Assembly: GCA_963674945.2 (NCBI GenBank)
Contig: CAXXWQ010000004.1
Coordinates: 256,001 to 320,000 of the forward strand
Length of the DNA stretch: 64,000 nucleotides
Source: an uncultured Desulfosarcina sp.
GTDB lineage: Bacteria; Desulfobacterota; Desulfobacteria; Desulfobacterales; Desulfosarcinaceae
Reading direction: 5' to 3'
Shown here: in pieces, positions 1 to 9,494 of the stretch
How the letters are laid out: each line of letters begins with the position of its first letter
Numbering within the stretch: the stretch's first letter is position 1
Position numbers and translations under genes: made by a program
Notes under the pieces: generated by a model
Told to the model about the DNA's origin: nothing
Database searches by the model: none
The model's input: only the letters and a program-made list of their open reading frames with translations

Positions 1-9
1 AAAGGTTTT

Positions 10-2340
10 TTACGCAATACCGATGAAATCAAAATTCATCTTTGCCTGAAACTTTTCCACACGCTTGAAAATCTCCTTTAACATGGTCTGCTCGATGCGG
101 GTGAGCTTCTTGGGGTTGATGTAATTGTCCGGTTTCGTATGATCGTCGATGACCGCCGTAATCTGACGAACGAACCGCAACTGCATGAGGAAGCTGTATG
201 CCTTTTCCAACTCTTCATACTCCTGAAGGGAAATGACCTTTTTAACCCGCAGCTGGTATAAGCGATCCATGGTGTTTGTCTCTTCGATGTCGTTGGATAG
301 TGCATAGATCCTGGCGAAATCGACGATGGGTGTCATGGCGCTCTTGATGTCAAATGCATTTCGGTGCCGCCCTTTGGATTCGACGACGAAATTGCGGAAA
401 AAGCCTAACGGGGGCTTGAAGTAAAGCGCATTTTCCGTCAGATGACGAAAGAAACCGGACCATCCCGTAAGGGAAGAAAGCAGATATTTACGCAATTCTT
501 CGACCAGTTTCACATCTCCGTACCCGTATCGAAAATCAAAAAAAATACTGGCTTGGAGAAGATCATGGGCGCCGGCAGCTTGGATCCAGTCTCGAAAATA
601 GGTTTTCCACTGGGAAAGCGGCTGGCACCAGCGTGGGGTCTTTGCCATGACCTCGCCGGTACAATAGGCGTAGCCAACCTCGTTAAGAAGGTCACAGACC
701 ATATTGCCGACCTTCAAAAAATATGTTTTCGCAGCTTTTGCCACAGCCGGTTCCGGATCCTGATAGACGATGGCGTTGTCCTGATCGGTTTTCAGGGTCT
801 GCTCCCGCCTGCCTTCGCTGCCCATGATCATGAACACGAAAGGAACGGGCGGCATTCCCACCTCATCGAGGGTCACGGTCATGAGCTTGTTCAGGATGGT
901 ATCGGAGACGGCTGTGATGAACCGGGTAATGTTCTGTGCCGTTGCACCATTGTGAATCAGGCCTCGTACCAAACCTGCCAGTTGCTGCTGTTTCTCGATG
1001 ATCTTATCGATATCCCTGGCGATTTGGATCTCACGCAAGAGAAACAACGGCGACTTGCCCTGGGATGCCAGGATATCTCTGCTGGAGAGCATGCCGATGA
1101 TCTTATCGTTCCCATCCACGACACCCACATGCTGAAAATCTTCCTCCATCATTGTCATCATGGCTTCGAACACCAGTGCTTTTTCGGAGATCGTACGAAG
1201 GGGTGCGGACATGATCTCCCCCACCGGCTTATCGATGGGGTAGCCACAGGCGATCACCTTGCGTGCGAAGTCTTTCTCCGTTACGATTCCCACCTGATTC
1301 GAATTGGTGTTCTGAATGAACGCATAACTGCTTTTGTTACGCACCATCGCATCGGCGGCATCTCGTATGGAAAGTCGGGCGTCGCAAAAAAGCGGGGTAC
1401 GGGAGTAAATCTGCGACAGCGGTTGGTTGAAAAATTGAAGACTCTCTTCTTTGGGCTGCAGTGTTTTTGCAATGATCGCCGCATAGGAACGGCTGAGCAT
1501 TCTCTTTCCAAAGGTGTCGGAAAAAAAATCGGAAAACACGCTATATTTTTTACAGATCTCATGGAAGATCTGGCCGGGCAGCATATAAAAGGCAGAATCT
1601 TCGATGATTTCCATTGTTCGCACGGAGATTCCATCATTTAACAATATGGAGATACCGCCGTAGATCTCTCCTTCGGAGAGAATACCCCGCATTTTCTTCT
1701 CTCCATTTTCCTCGAAATATCTCTCTGCAGCACCCTTTTGAAGAATGTACAAATATCCGACCCGGGTTTTGCCCTGCACGAACAAAACCGTTCCTTTCGG
1801 ATAAAAGGTGCGGGAAACCATGCCGGAAATGCGTTCGACCTCCTCTTCCGGCAAAAAACTGAAGGGATCGACACCGGAAAGAAAAAGGCGCACCTGTCCG
1901 GCCTGGGTAATGGCGTCCAACGAAGCATCGAAGATGTTGTGGCTGAAATTGGCCAGAAAATATTCGTAGAAGGATTTGTTATTTCTGCACACATCCATGA
2001 TGATGGTATGTGGGATCGATATGGCACTGATATCACTATCCGCCTTTGCCGTCCGGAGGGACATGCCGGCATTGAGCATCACCGTGATGCCACCGAAAAC
2101 TTCTCCCTTTTTTATGTGTCCGGTCAGGGTTCGCCCCCCCCCATCCTCCCGATAAAGGGAAAGTTGGCCGGCGGTAATCACCAGAACATTTTCGATTCGT
2201 GTTTTTCCCTGAACGGCGATTGTATCCCCTTTGCTGAATCGGATCTCGACAGCCTTGGATACCACGGTATCCAGCTCATTTTTGGTAAGAAATGAGAAGT
2301 GCCGCATCGCTGATAAAAAGCGAACGATCTCTGTTTTCAT
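10..2340 (-). CDS. cNMP-binding (x2) / CBS / DUF294 nucleotidyltransferase-like signal-transduction protein
   Basis: 776 aa; two cNMP-binding-like repeats (GEVFGG..; GEIYGG..), CBS pair (GIVTEKDF, IMSAP), DUF294 motifs MGSEGRREQTLKTDQDNA and IFFDFR, substrate-binding domain PPLGFFR. Confidence 0.9.
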   Translation of the reverse strand: MKTEIVRFLSAMRHFSFLTKNELDTVVSKAVEIRFSKGDTIAVQGKTRIENVLVITAGQLSLYREDGGGRTLTGHIKKGEVFGGITVMLNAGMSLRTAKADSDISAISIPHTIIMDVCRNNKSFYEYFLANFSHNIFDASLDAITQAGQVRLFLSGVDPFSFLPEEEVERISGMVSRTFYPKGTVLFVQGKTRVGYLYILQKGAAERYFEENGEKKMRGILSEGEIYGGISILLNDGISVRTMEIIEDSAFYMLPGQIFHEICKKYSVFSDFFSDTFGKRMLSRSYAAIIAKTLQPKEESLQFFNQPLSQIYSRTPLFCDARLSIRDAADAMVRNKSSYAFIQNTNSNQVGIVTEKDFARKVIACGYPIDKPVGEIMSAPLRTISEKALVFEAMMTMMEEDFQHVGVVDGNDKIIGMLSSRDILASQGKSPLFLLREIQIARDIDKIIEKQQQLAGLVRGLIHNGATAQNITRFITAVSDTILNKLMTVTLDEVGMPPVPFVFMIMGSEGRREQTLKTDQDNAIVYQDPEPAVAKAAKTYFLKVGNMVCDLLNEVGYAYCTGEVMAKTPRWCQPLSQWKTYFRDWIQAAGAHDLLQASIFFDFRYGYGDVKLVEELRKYLLSSLTGWSGFFRHLTENALYFKPPLGFFRNFVVESKGRHRNAFDIKSAMTPIVDFARIYALSNDIEETNTMDRLYQLRVKKVISLQEYEELEKAYSFLMQLRFVRQITAVIDDHTKPDNYINPKKLTRIEQTMLKEIFKRVEKFQAKMNFDFIGIA

Positions 2341-2754
2341 TTTATAGATCCCATGGAAAAACGGGTGGTGATATAGATTTTCCGGTACGTGTTTTCTACG
2401 GTATCGATCATCGTAGTTTTGATTTAACCACCCCGACCTGCCAATGTCAACTTAACGTTTTTATTGTTACCATGTTAAAATGGTACGTTGTGGATCTTTT
2501 TGGGATAACAAAAATGAGCATTTCGCCGTTAGCGACTCGCTGTTCGTCCTTATCTGTTGAACATTTATATGCAACTCGTTGTTTCACCCATTAGGTAAAC
2601 TGAGAGACTTCACCAACGTTATGAAATTGTATGGAATGGAAATGAAACCGTTAGAAAGCGGGTATTTTCGGCACCCCCGCCTTACCTGATCGGTGGTGCC
2701 GAACAACGATTTCGTCGCAGGAAAAAGATGGACAAACGGGTGAAATCGAAATGA

Positions 2755-3597
2755 TCAGAGGAGTTGAACCATTCTTTTGGCAATGGATTGGAAAGCCTGG
2801 TTCACCGTTGAGTCCCCGTTTTGTTTCGAGTAGGAGACACCGGCGTCTGCGCACTCGACCATCTTCTGGTCAAAGGGTATCCGGCCAAGGAAGGGAATAC
2901 CTGCATCAATGGCAGTCTTCTCGCCGCCTCCCGAGCCAAAGAGGTCAATGACCGCCTGGCAGTGGGGACACGAAAACCCGCTCATGTTCTCAATCAGTCC
3001 GAAGATCTCCATTTTAACAACTTTACAGAAATTGATGGATTTCCGGACATCCGCCAGAGACACCTCCTGGGGCGTCGTGACGATGATGGCCCTGGCGTCG
3101 GAAATGGTCTGGGCCACGGTCAACGGTTCGTCCCCTGTTCCAGGGGGAGCGTCAATTAACAAAAAGTCGAGGTCCCCCCATTCCACATCGGCGATAAATT
3201 GTTGAATCGCGGAATATTTTACCGGTCCCCGCCAAATGATGGCCTCATCCTTGGTCGGCGTCAGGCTCTCGATTGAAACGACATGCAGGTTCTTGGAATA
3301 GGCACTGGGATTGAGTTTGCGGTTGGCACTCAAATCGAGCATCCCAGACAGTCCAAGCATACGGGGAACGTCGGGGCCGTGAAGATCGACATCCATGAGT
3401 CCCACACGGTGACCGAGGTCGGCCAACGCCAGGGAAAGATTCACCGAAGTACTGGTTTTTCCCACCCCTCCTTTTCCGCTCATGATGATGAATTTATGCT
3501 TGATCCGCTGCAAGGCCGATTGTACCTGTGCATCTTTTTGCGCCTGTGGATTTTCCTTCTTTTTTGCAGCTTCCATACTATCATGAATCTGTACCAT
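2755..3597 (-). CDS. mrp: Mrp/NBP35 (ApbC) Fe-S cluster carrier ATPase
   Basis: SGKGGVGKT P-loop, DVDLHGP, IWRGP, DAPPGTGD, ENMS..CPHC. Confidence 0.95.
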   Translation of the reverse strand: MVQIHDSMEAAKKKENPQAQKDAQVQSALQRIKHKFIIMSGKGGVGKTSTSVNLSLALADLGHRVGLMDVDLHGPDVPRMLGLSGMLDLSANRKLNPSAYSKNLHVVSIESLTPTKDEAIIWRGPVKYSAIQQFIADVEWGDLDFLLIDAPPGTGDEPLTVAQTISDARAIIVTTPQEVSLADVRKSINFCKVVKMEIFGLIENMSGFSCPHCQAVIDLFGSGGGEKTAIDAGIPFLGRIPFDQKMVECADAGVSYSKQNGDSTVNQAFQSIAKRMVQLL

Positions 3598-3617
3598 GCG
3601 TTACACCGTCCTATACG

Positions 3618-4028
3618 CTAGAGAAATCGATGAAAATCGTCCTCCCCGCATTCGGGGCAACCGATGGGACGGCCGGTTCCCAATGGTTCGTCCCATTGAT
3701 GTTCACATTTTCGGCATAAAAACTGGCGTTTTTCTTCGATCATTTTGTAATTTCCGCCGTCTACCTTGATGGCCTTCCCGTTAATCAAGGCGTCGGCGAC
3801 GATTTGCCGTGCCTTGTGCAAGATTCGACCGAAGGTCGCCCGGGATACACCCATGCATTGCCCGGACTCTTCGTGGGACAATCCATCCAGATCCGCAAGC
3901 CGGAGTGCCTCTCTTTCATCCACGGTAATGCAAACCTCGTTGAGGTCGACCATGGGGATACCCCGTGGTTTAAAGTAACTGATTTCCGGATTGTACGCCA
4001 CGAGCCGGTCTTTTCTCGGTCTTCCCAT
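3618..4028 (-). CDS. DUF134 family DNA-binding protein with C-terminal Zn ribbon
   Basis: MGRPRK..FKPRG..EALRLADLDGLSHEE..MGVSRATF, then CRKC..CPEC. Confidence 0.9.
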   Translation of the reverse strand: MGRPRKDRLVAYNPEISYFKPRGIPMVDLNEVCITVDEREALRLADLDGLSHEESGQCMGVSRATFGRILHKARQIVADALINGKAIKVDGGNYKMIEEKRQFLCRKCEHQWDEPLGTGRPIGCPECGEDDFHRFL

Positions 4029-4134
4029 GCGCCCTCCCTAAATAGCATATGCTCGGATGTTAGCTGTTAATCTTTTCATCAGCCGATGTCAAGCCAATAT
4101 TCTTGGATCACCATCTCCAGCACGATAATCTTAA

Positions 4135-4560
4135 TTACATGTTGCTGGGTCCGGCAGATTCCGGTTTCGGATTCATCCGGTTGAAATAGTCTCGAACATC
4201 CTTTGCAAACAGAAAATACGTACCGACGATGGAAAATAGAAAGATGATGACACAAAGGATGGTGGATATCTTATCGTGTGGCACCGTGAGGAACCACATC
4301 AAGTCATACACGAGGATAAAACAGCTTCCCATCACCACCAGCGCCCTTGCCCACTTTTTTATTAAAAAAATGAAAAAACATAAACTTATACTCACAATGA
4401 CCATCTTTTTCATTTCACTTTGAACGCCCGTCAAGGCTTGCTGCCGCCAAAAAAGGGAGTAAAGGAAAATCGGGTGACAGACCCAGGCCGTCACCAGAAA
4501 ACCAAAGCTTTTTTTGAAATTGACGGGAGCGTTTCGAAATCGGTCGAAATAATCATTCAT
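4135..4560 (-). CDS. hypothetical membrane protein (about 4 TM)
   Basis: 141 aa ORF with four hydrophobic stretches, co-directional with neighbours. Confidence 0.7.
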   Translation of the reverse strand: MNDYFDRFRNAPVNFKKSFGFLVTAWVCHPIFLYSLFWRQQALTGVQSEMKKMVIVSISLCFFIFLIKKWARALVVMGSCFILVYDLMWFLTVPHDKISTILCVIIFLFSIVGTYFLFAKDVRDYFNRMNPKPESAGPSNM

Positions 4561-4595
4561 TGTAATCGTATCCGTTTATGGATGGCAAAGAGGGA

Positions 4596-5297
4596 TTACC
4601 GCACCACCAGCGTCTGTCCCACGTGAAGAATGGCGTCATCACTCAATTTGTTCAACGATTTCAACTGGTCCACCGATAGGCCGTAACGACGGCTGATACT
4701 GTAAAGGGTCTCCCCGGCGACGACGGTATGACGCTTTTCCTTCGTCGCTTTTTTTGCAGGAGGTTTGTCGGCAACCACGGTACGAGGTGGCGGCCTTTTC
4801 TCCAACGCGGCAATGCGAGCCAAGGCGTCATCGGTTTTCTTTTGAAGCTCGTCCAGGCTCATGGCCAGATGGTCCATCCGCAGGGAGGTGGAAGCTTCGG
4901 ACCTGTCGAATCGGGCTTTGAATGTTTCAAATGCCTTTGCTTGCTCCCAGATCCGGGTCACTTTTTCGTCCACGACATCCATTTTTTTCATTTGCTGTAC
5001 CAGCGATTCCACACGTTCTTCCAACTCATCGATACGGGCCGCTTTTGACGACCCCGATAAATTGGAAAAGATGGACATTACCAGAAAAACAACAATCAAT
5101 GCGATAAGGACACCAATGCCCCAAGTACGATATCGATTCGTATGGTATCCAACACCGGATGTCTGCCTTGGTTCATTTTTCCCCAGAACGTCGTAGCCAT
5201 CATCTTCATAGTAAGAATCGACCTGTTCGAGGTCTTCCTCATTTTGATGACCGGTATCCTTCCACTTCATGGTCATGTCTCCACCCGTCTTGAACAC
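4596..5297 (-). CDS. membrane-anchored coiled-coil LysM protein
   Basis: single TM (WGIGVLIALIVVFLVMSIF), coiled coil, C-terminal LysM HTVVAGETLYSISRRYGLSV..LN; start may be 5276 or 5270. Confidence 0.9.
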   Translation of the reverse strand: MFKTGGDMTMKWKDTGHQNEEDLEQVDSYYEDDGYDVLGKNEPRQTSGVGYHTNRYRTWGIGVLIALIVVFLVMSIFSNLSGSSKAARIDELEERVESLVQQMKKMDVVDEKVTRIWEQAKAFETFKARFDRSEASTSLRMDHLAMSLDELQKKTDDALARIAALEKRPPPRTVVADKPPAKKATKEKRHTVVAGETLYSISRRYGLSVDQLKSLNKLSDDAILHVGQTLVVR

Positions 5298-5620
5298 GTT
5301 GTTAGGGATAAATAAATGCTTAATGAATTTACCCTTCTATAAACCAAAAGGACGATTGACATCAACCCCAATTCCGAGCACTGCCGACCTTATCACAGGG
5401 AAACCACATCAGGGAATTACTGGTCAAATGGAGCAAGTGAGGGATACAGGACGAATAAGGGGGATGAAATGAACGGCCTGTATCGTTTCGCATCCCTCGG
5501 CCATCTTCATTGAGTCCTCCATTTTATTGGGAATGTACCATGCCTTGGTGGATGTATTGACCCCAAAACACTTTTCATTTACTGTACGGTTATCTTATGT
5601 CCCCAAAGGAATCAAATTAT

Positions 5621-5875
5621 ATGGCATTGCATTCACACAATTTTATCGAAACCTTCGATGGTTTCATCGGTTTTGGTCTCAATCGAAAATCGGACGTGGA
5701 CACGGTGATCTATTATCTTCAGAAATTTTCCGATGACCGACTCATGGAACTCCTCAGGAATCGACTCTCAGACCAAGATCTTTCCAATATTTTCGAACTA
5801 CTCTCGTCTCTGCTGCGCCGACATCTTTCCGAACCGGAATACCACAAATACTTCATGAAGGACGAACACGAATAA
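5621..5875 (+). CDS. small conserved cytoplasmic protein
   Basis: MALHSHNFIE..RHLSEPEYHKYF; AAGGA upstream of ATG 5621. Confidence 0.7.
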   Translation: MALHSHNFIETFDGFIGFGLNRKSDVDTVIYYLQKFSDDRLMELLRNRLSDQDLSNIFELLSSLLRRHLSEPEYHKYFMKDEHE

Positions 5876-5937
5876 ACGGATCAACATCTTAATGCTTGTT
5901 TCACACGGCGGTCCCTCGAACGAAGATTGGAGACGAT

Positions 5938-7137
5938 ATGCTCACTGAACTGCAACTCGAACGCTATGCCGATGTTTTGTTGTGGGGCCTGCGTACGGCC
6001 AGGCACAAACCGTTCAAATCCGGTGACGTGATCCTTATTCGATTTGGCCTGGATGCGATTCGCCTCGTGGAAATCATCGAAGAACGATTGCTGCAAATGG
6101 GCATGAACCCGGTACTTCGAATGAATCCGACGCCGACGATGGAGAAAACATTCTTCGATATGGCCAACCGTCGGCAGCTTGTCTTCGACGCCCCCGGTGA
6201 AGAAGAACTCTATCGAAGTCTGAATGGCTCCATCTTCTTGCATGCCCCCGCATCCATTACCCATCTGAGCAACATCGATCCGAAAAAGATCAGCCGATTT
6301 ACCCTTTCCAAAAAACGATTGCGGGACATATTGGAAGAGCGTGAGCGAAAAGGCCTCTTCGGATGGACCCTGTGTATGTTTCCCACCAGTGCACTGGCCC
6401 GCCATGCCGGCCTTTGCGAAACGGACTATGCGAAACAGATCGTCCGGGCCTGTTTTTTGGGTCGCCGCGATCCCGTGGGGCAATGGAAGAGCGTGTTTAC
6501 AGCGGCCGGCGAAATCAAAAAATGGTTAAACGGCATGTCGGTGAAGCACTATCACGTCGAGTCCGCCAACATCGATCTTACCATCACGCCGGGAAACCAT
6601 CGACAATGGATCGGCATTTCGGGCCACAATATTCCCAGCTTCGAGCTTTTTCTCTCTCCGGACTGGCGGGGAACCAGGGGCGTCTATTTCGCCAACCAAC
6701 CCGCCTATCGAAGCGGAAATCTGGTCGAAGAAGTTCGTCTGACCTTCACGAAAGGGGTTGCCATCGAGGTCTCATCCAAAACAGGGATGAATTTCGTCAA
6801 GAAACAACTCAAGATGGACCCGGGTGCGTCACGTCTCGGCGAATTCTCCCTCACCGACAAACGGTTTTCGAAGATTGATCGATTCATGGCCAATACCCTA
6901 TTCGATGAAAACTTCGGGGGAAAATGGGGGAATTGCCATGTGGCCTTGGGCGCAAGTTATCTGGATACCTACGATGGAGACGTTCAGGCCCTCACCAGGA
7001 AAAAGAAAGCCCAGTTGGGCTTCAACGATTCGGCCCTGCACTGGGACCTGGTAAACACGGAGAAAAAGCGGGTCACGGCGCAACTTGCCGATGGGAATCG
7101 AATCACCATATATGAAAATGGCTGTTTTGCCTATTAA
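5938..7137 (+). CDS. M29 family (thermophilic metalloprotease) aminopeptidase
   Basis: NIPSFELF, LGEFSL, TLFDEN, HVALG, SALHWD motifs; GGAG before ATG 5938. Confidence 0.9.
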   Translation: MLTELQLERYADVLLWGLRTARHKPFKSGDVILIRFGLDAIRLVEIIEERLLQMGMNPVLRMNPTPTMEKTFFDMANRRQLVFDAPGEEELYRSLNGSIFLHAPASITHLSNIDPKKISRFTLSKKRLRDILEERERKGLFGWTLCMFPTSALARHAGLCETDYAKQIVRACFLGRRDPVGQWKSVFTAAGEIKKWLNGMSVKHYHVESANIDLTITPGNHRQWIGISGHNIPSFELFLSPDWRGTRGVYFANQPAYRSGNLVEEVRLTFTKGVAIEVSSKTGMNFVKKQLKMDPGASRLGEFSLTDKRFSKIDRFMANTLFDENFGGKWGNCHVALGASYLDTYDGDVQALTRKKKAQLGFNDSALHWDLVNTEKKRVTAQLADGNRITIYENGCFAY

Positions 7138-7155
7138 CTTGATGAACTCGGGATG

Positions 7156-7281
7156 GACGGCTTCGTAAAAAGCCCGAGATCAAGGATTGCGAGCCCTTAA
7201 GGAATGAGGCGTATGGTTGGATACGTCGCAGTGACGAGGGGTGAAGCATAACGAAGATATCGGGCTTTTTACGAAGCCGTC
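7156..7281. repeat. ~126 bp palindromic MITE-like element, copy 1
   Basis: 22 bp perfect terminal inverted repeat GACGGCTTCGTAAAAAGCCCGA...TCGGGCTTTTTACGAAGCCGTC; near-identical second copy at 49002-49126. Confidence 0.9.
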
Positions 7282-7774
7282 AGACTTTATACTTTCCGAA
7301 ATCTTCGGGCGAGAGGTTTTCCAAATATTCAGCCCATTTTTTACCCTCTTCACTATCATCGATGACCTGACCCGATTTTCCCACCTGTGACTTTTCCATC
7401 ACCTGATCGTCCACGAAGATGGGCGCCTTGAAACGGAGGGCCAGCGCAATGGCATCGCTGGGACGTGCATCCATGGTGAATGAGTGATCCGGTGATGCGA
7501 AATGGATCTCGGCATAAAATGTGTTGTCCCGTAAGTCACATATATCGATTCGGTTGATGTGCAGATTCAGCATCTGGGTCAGGTTTTTGAATAGATCGTG
7601 GGTCATGGGCCGATCGAATTTTATTTCCTGTAGGGCAGATGCGATGGATGTCGCCTCCAATAGCCCGATCCATATGGGAAGTGTCCGTTCCCCTTCTTCG
7701 GTCTTCAATAAAACGATGGGCGTGTTAGACGCAGGATCCATGGCAAGACCCGCTATGTTTACCTTGTGCAACAC
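7280..7774 (-). CDS. bifunctional nuclease family protein (DUF151)
   Basis: LPIWIGLLEA, RPMTHDL, DARPSDAIALALR; GTG start at 7774 after AAGGAG. Confidence 0.93.
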   Translation of the reverse strand: MLHKVNIAGLAMDPASNTPIVLLKTEEGERTLPIWIGLLEATSIASALQEIKFDRPMTHDLFKNLTQMLNLHINRIDICDLRDNTFYAEIHFASPDHSFTMDARPSDAIALALRFKAPIFVDDQVMEKSQVGKSGQVIDDSEEGKKWAEYLENLSPEDFGKYKV

Positions 7775-7791
7775 TTGTGGATTCTCCTTTT

Positions 7792-9177
7792 TCAACCGAA
7801 GTGCATCGGTTCGTGATTCAGTCGTCCCCACAATGAGTGGGCGTAAGCTCCTTCTATCATGATGTCCGCAAATCGCCCTGTCAACAATTCTTTGGCGTCC
7901 GTGATTCCTTCGGGAAGATCAAAATGGATGATATGGTTGGAAGAGGAACGTCCGCTCCATCGGCAATTTTTCGAACCGTCACTGGAATCATCCCGGCTTG
8001 GCCCTTCGATGAGGATCTGACGGGTCTGACCAACCATACTGCGATGTTTCTTTTTTGTGATGGATTCCTGCAACATCAATAGGGCATGAAGCCTCTCTTT
8101 TTTTACGGACGCGGCAACTTTACCACCAAAAGATGCGGCCGGCGCATTGGGCCGATCCGAATACATGAAGGCAAACAGCCCATCATATTGAACGGCTTCG
8201 ATTAAATCCAACGTAGCCTTAAATTGTCGGTCCGTCTCCCCGGGAAATCCCACAATAAAATCCGATGTGATGGCGATATCCGGACATGCTTGTTTTAGCC
8301 GTCGGATCTTTTCCAGGTAATCGTCCCTGGTGTATTTTCGATTCATCCGTTTGAGTATCTCGTCGTCACCGGACTGCACCGGAAGATGGAAATGGTGACA
8401 TAGCTTTTCGAGACGGCCGAAGGATTCGATCAGATCGTCGGAAAGGTCCTTGGGGTGGGAAGTCGTGAAGCGGATGCGCCCCAATCCCTCGATGTCGTTC
8501 ACCCGCCGCAATAGCTGGGGAAAGGAACAAAGTCCCTCCTTGTTACCGTAGCTGTTGACGTTTTGTCCCAAAAGGGTGATTTCACGGACGCCCTGATCCA
8601 CCCGCATGCGTATTTCCTGAACAATACGATCCGGATGGCGGCTGGCTTCCCTGCCGCGCACATAGGGAACGACACAATAGGTGCAGTAGTTGTCACACCC
8701 ACGCATGATGGTGACGAATGCCGAGACCTGTCCGCTGCTCAATGGACCTGCCACCGGGGTATCGAACTCCATTTCATCGGACATTCGGACATCGACGATA
8801 CGGCACCTTGTCCGCTCGATACGCCGGACCATCTCCGGCAATCGAAAAATGGCCTGCGTACCAAACACCAGGTCCACGTAAGGCATACGCCGGACGATGG
8901 CATCTCCCTCCTGTTGGGCCACACACCCGCCGACGCCGATGATGAGCGATGGATTGGCTGCCTTGTATTTGGCAAGACGGCCCAAAAAACTGAAGGCTTT
9001 CTGCTCCGCCTTTTCCCGTATGGTACAAGTATTCACAATGACCAAATCCGCAGACTCGATACGGTCGGTTTCACTGTATCCCAAAGAGGCCAGCACACCG
9101 ACGATCTGATTGGCGTCATAGACATTCATCTGACAGCCGATGGTGCTGACATACAAGCGCTTTGACTTTGTTACCAC
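7792..9177 (-). CDS. miaB: tRNA-2-methylthio-i6A37 methylthiotransferase
   Basis: GCQMNVYD, NTCTIREKAE, GCVAQ, GCDNYCTYCVVP radical-SAM motif, C-terminal TRAM domain. Confidence 0.97.
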   Translation of the reverse strand: MVTKSKRLYVSTIGCQMNVYDANQIVGVLASLGYSETDRIESADLVIVNTCTIREKAEQKAFSFLGRLAKYKAANPSLIIGVGGCVAQQEGDAIVRRMPYVDLVFGTQAIFRLPEMVRRIERTRCRIVDVRMSDEMEFDTPVAGPLSSGQVSAFVTIMRGCDNYCTYCVVPYVRGREASRHPDRIVQEIRMRVDQGVREITLLGQNVNSYGNKEGLCSFPQLLRRVNDIEGLGRIRFTTSHPKDLSDDLIESFGRLEKLCHHFHLPVQSGDDEILKRMNRKYTRDDYLEKIRRLKQACPDIAITSDFIVGFPGETDRQFKATLDLIEAVQYDGLFAFMYSDRPNAPAASFGGKVAASVKKERLHALLMLQESITKKKHRSMVGQTRQILIEGPSRDDSSDGSKNCRWSGRSSSNHIIHFDLPEGITDAKELLTGRFADIMIEGAYAHSLWGRLNHEPMHFG

Positions 9178-9431
9178 GCATGGATCCTTTTCTTCATTGT
9201 TTCATCGGACCATATCTCATCTGGCAGCAATGTCAAACCGCATTCGGTGGCCATGTGATGGATAAGGTTGTCGACGATGGTTTCAAAGCCCGGTGGGATG
9301 GTGACCCGCACAATCCCTTTCTTTGCATCCAAGGTGGTAAGGACCGCCGCATTGTCATACCCTTCCAAGATAAATTTAAAATAACTGATCTTTCGACGAT
9401 CCATCCGATAATAGCGATGCGCAGTCTTCAC
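9171..9431 (-). CDS. DUF4911 family protein
   Basis: C-terminal part of ORF 9171-10076: RRKISYFKFILEGYDNAAVLTTLD; GTG start at 9431. Confidence 0.8.
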   Translation of the reverse strand: MKTAHRYYRMDRRKISYFKFILEGYDNAAVLTTLDAKKGIVRVTIPPGFETIVDNLIHHMATECGLTLLPDEIWSDETMKKRIHAW

Positions 9432-9494
9432 ATTCAACCTATTCTTTATCCTTTGCACTTGTTCCCGTCGAGATATTACGTTATGCCCCAATTC

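Noticed and set aside
442..1641. Long antisense ORFs (also 27195-28586, 49282-50307, 50298-51329, 35057-35896)
   Set aside because: They are shadows of well-supported genes on the opposite strand and show no motifs.
2667..2703. Hairpin TTCGGCACC..GGTGCCGAA as a possible ncRNA
   Set aside because: Single stem just downstream of mrp with no riboswitch or SRP core; most simply a terminator-like structure.
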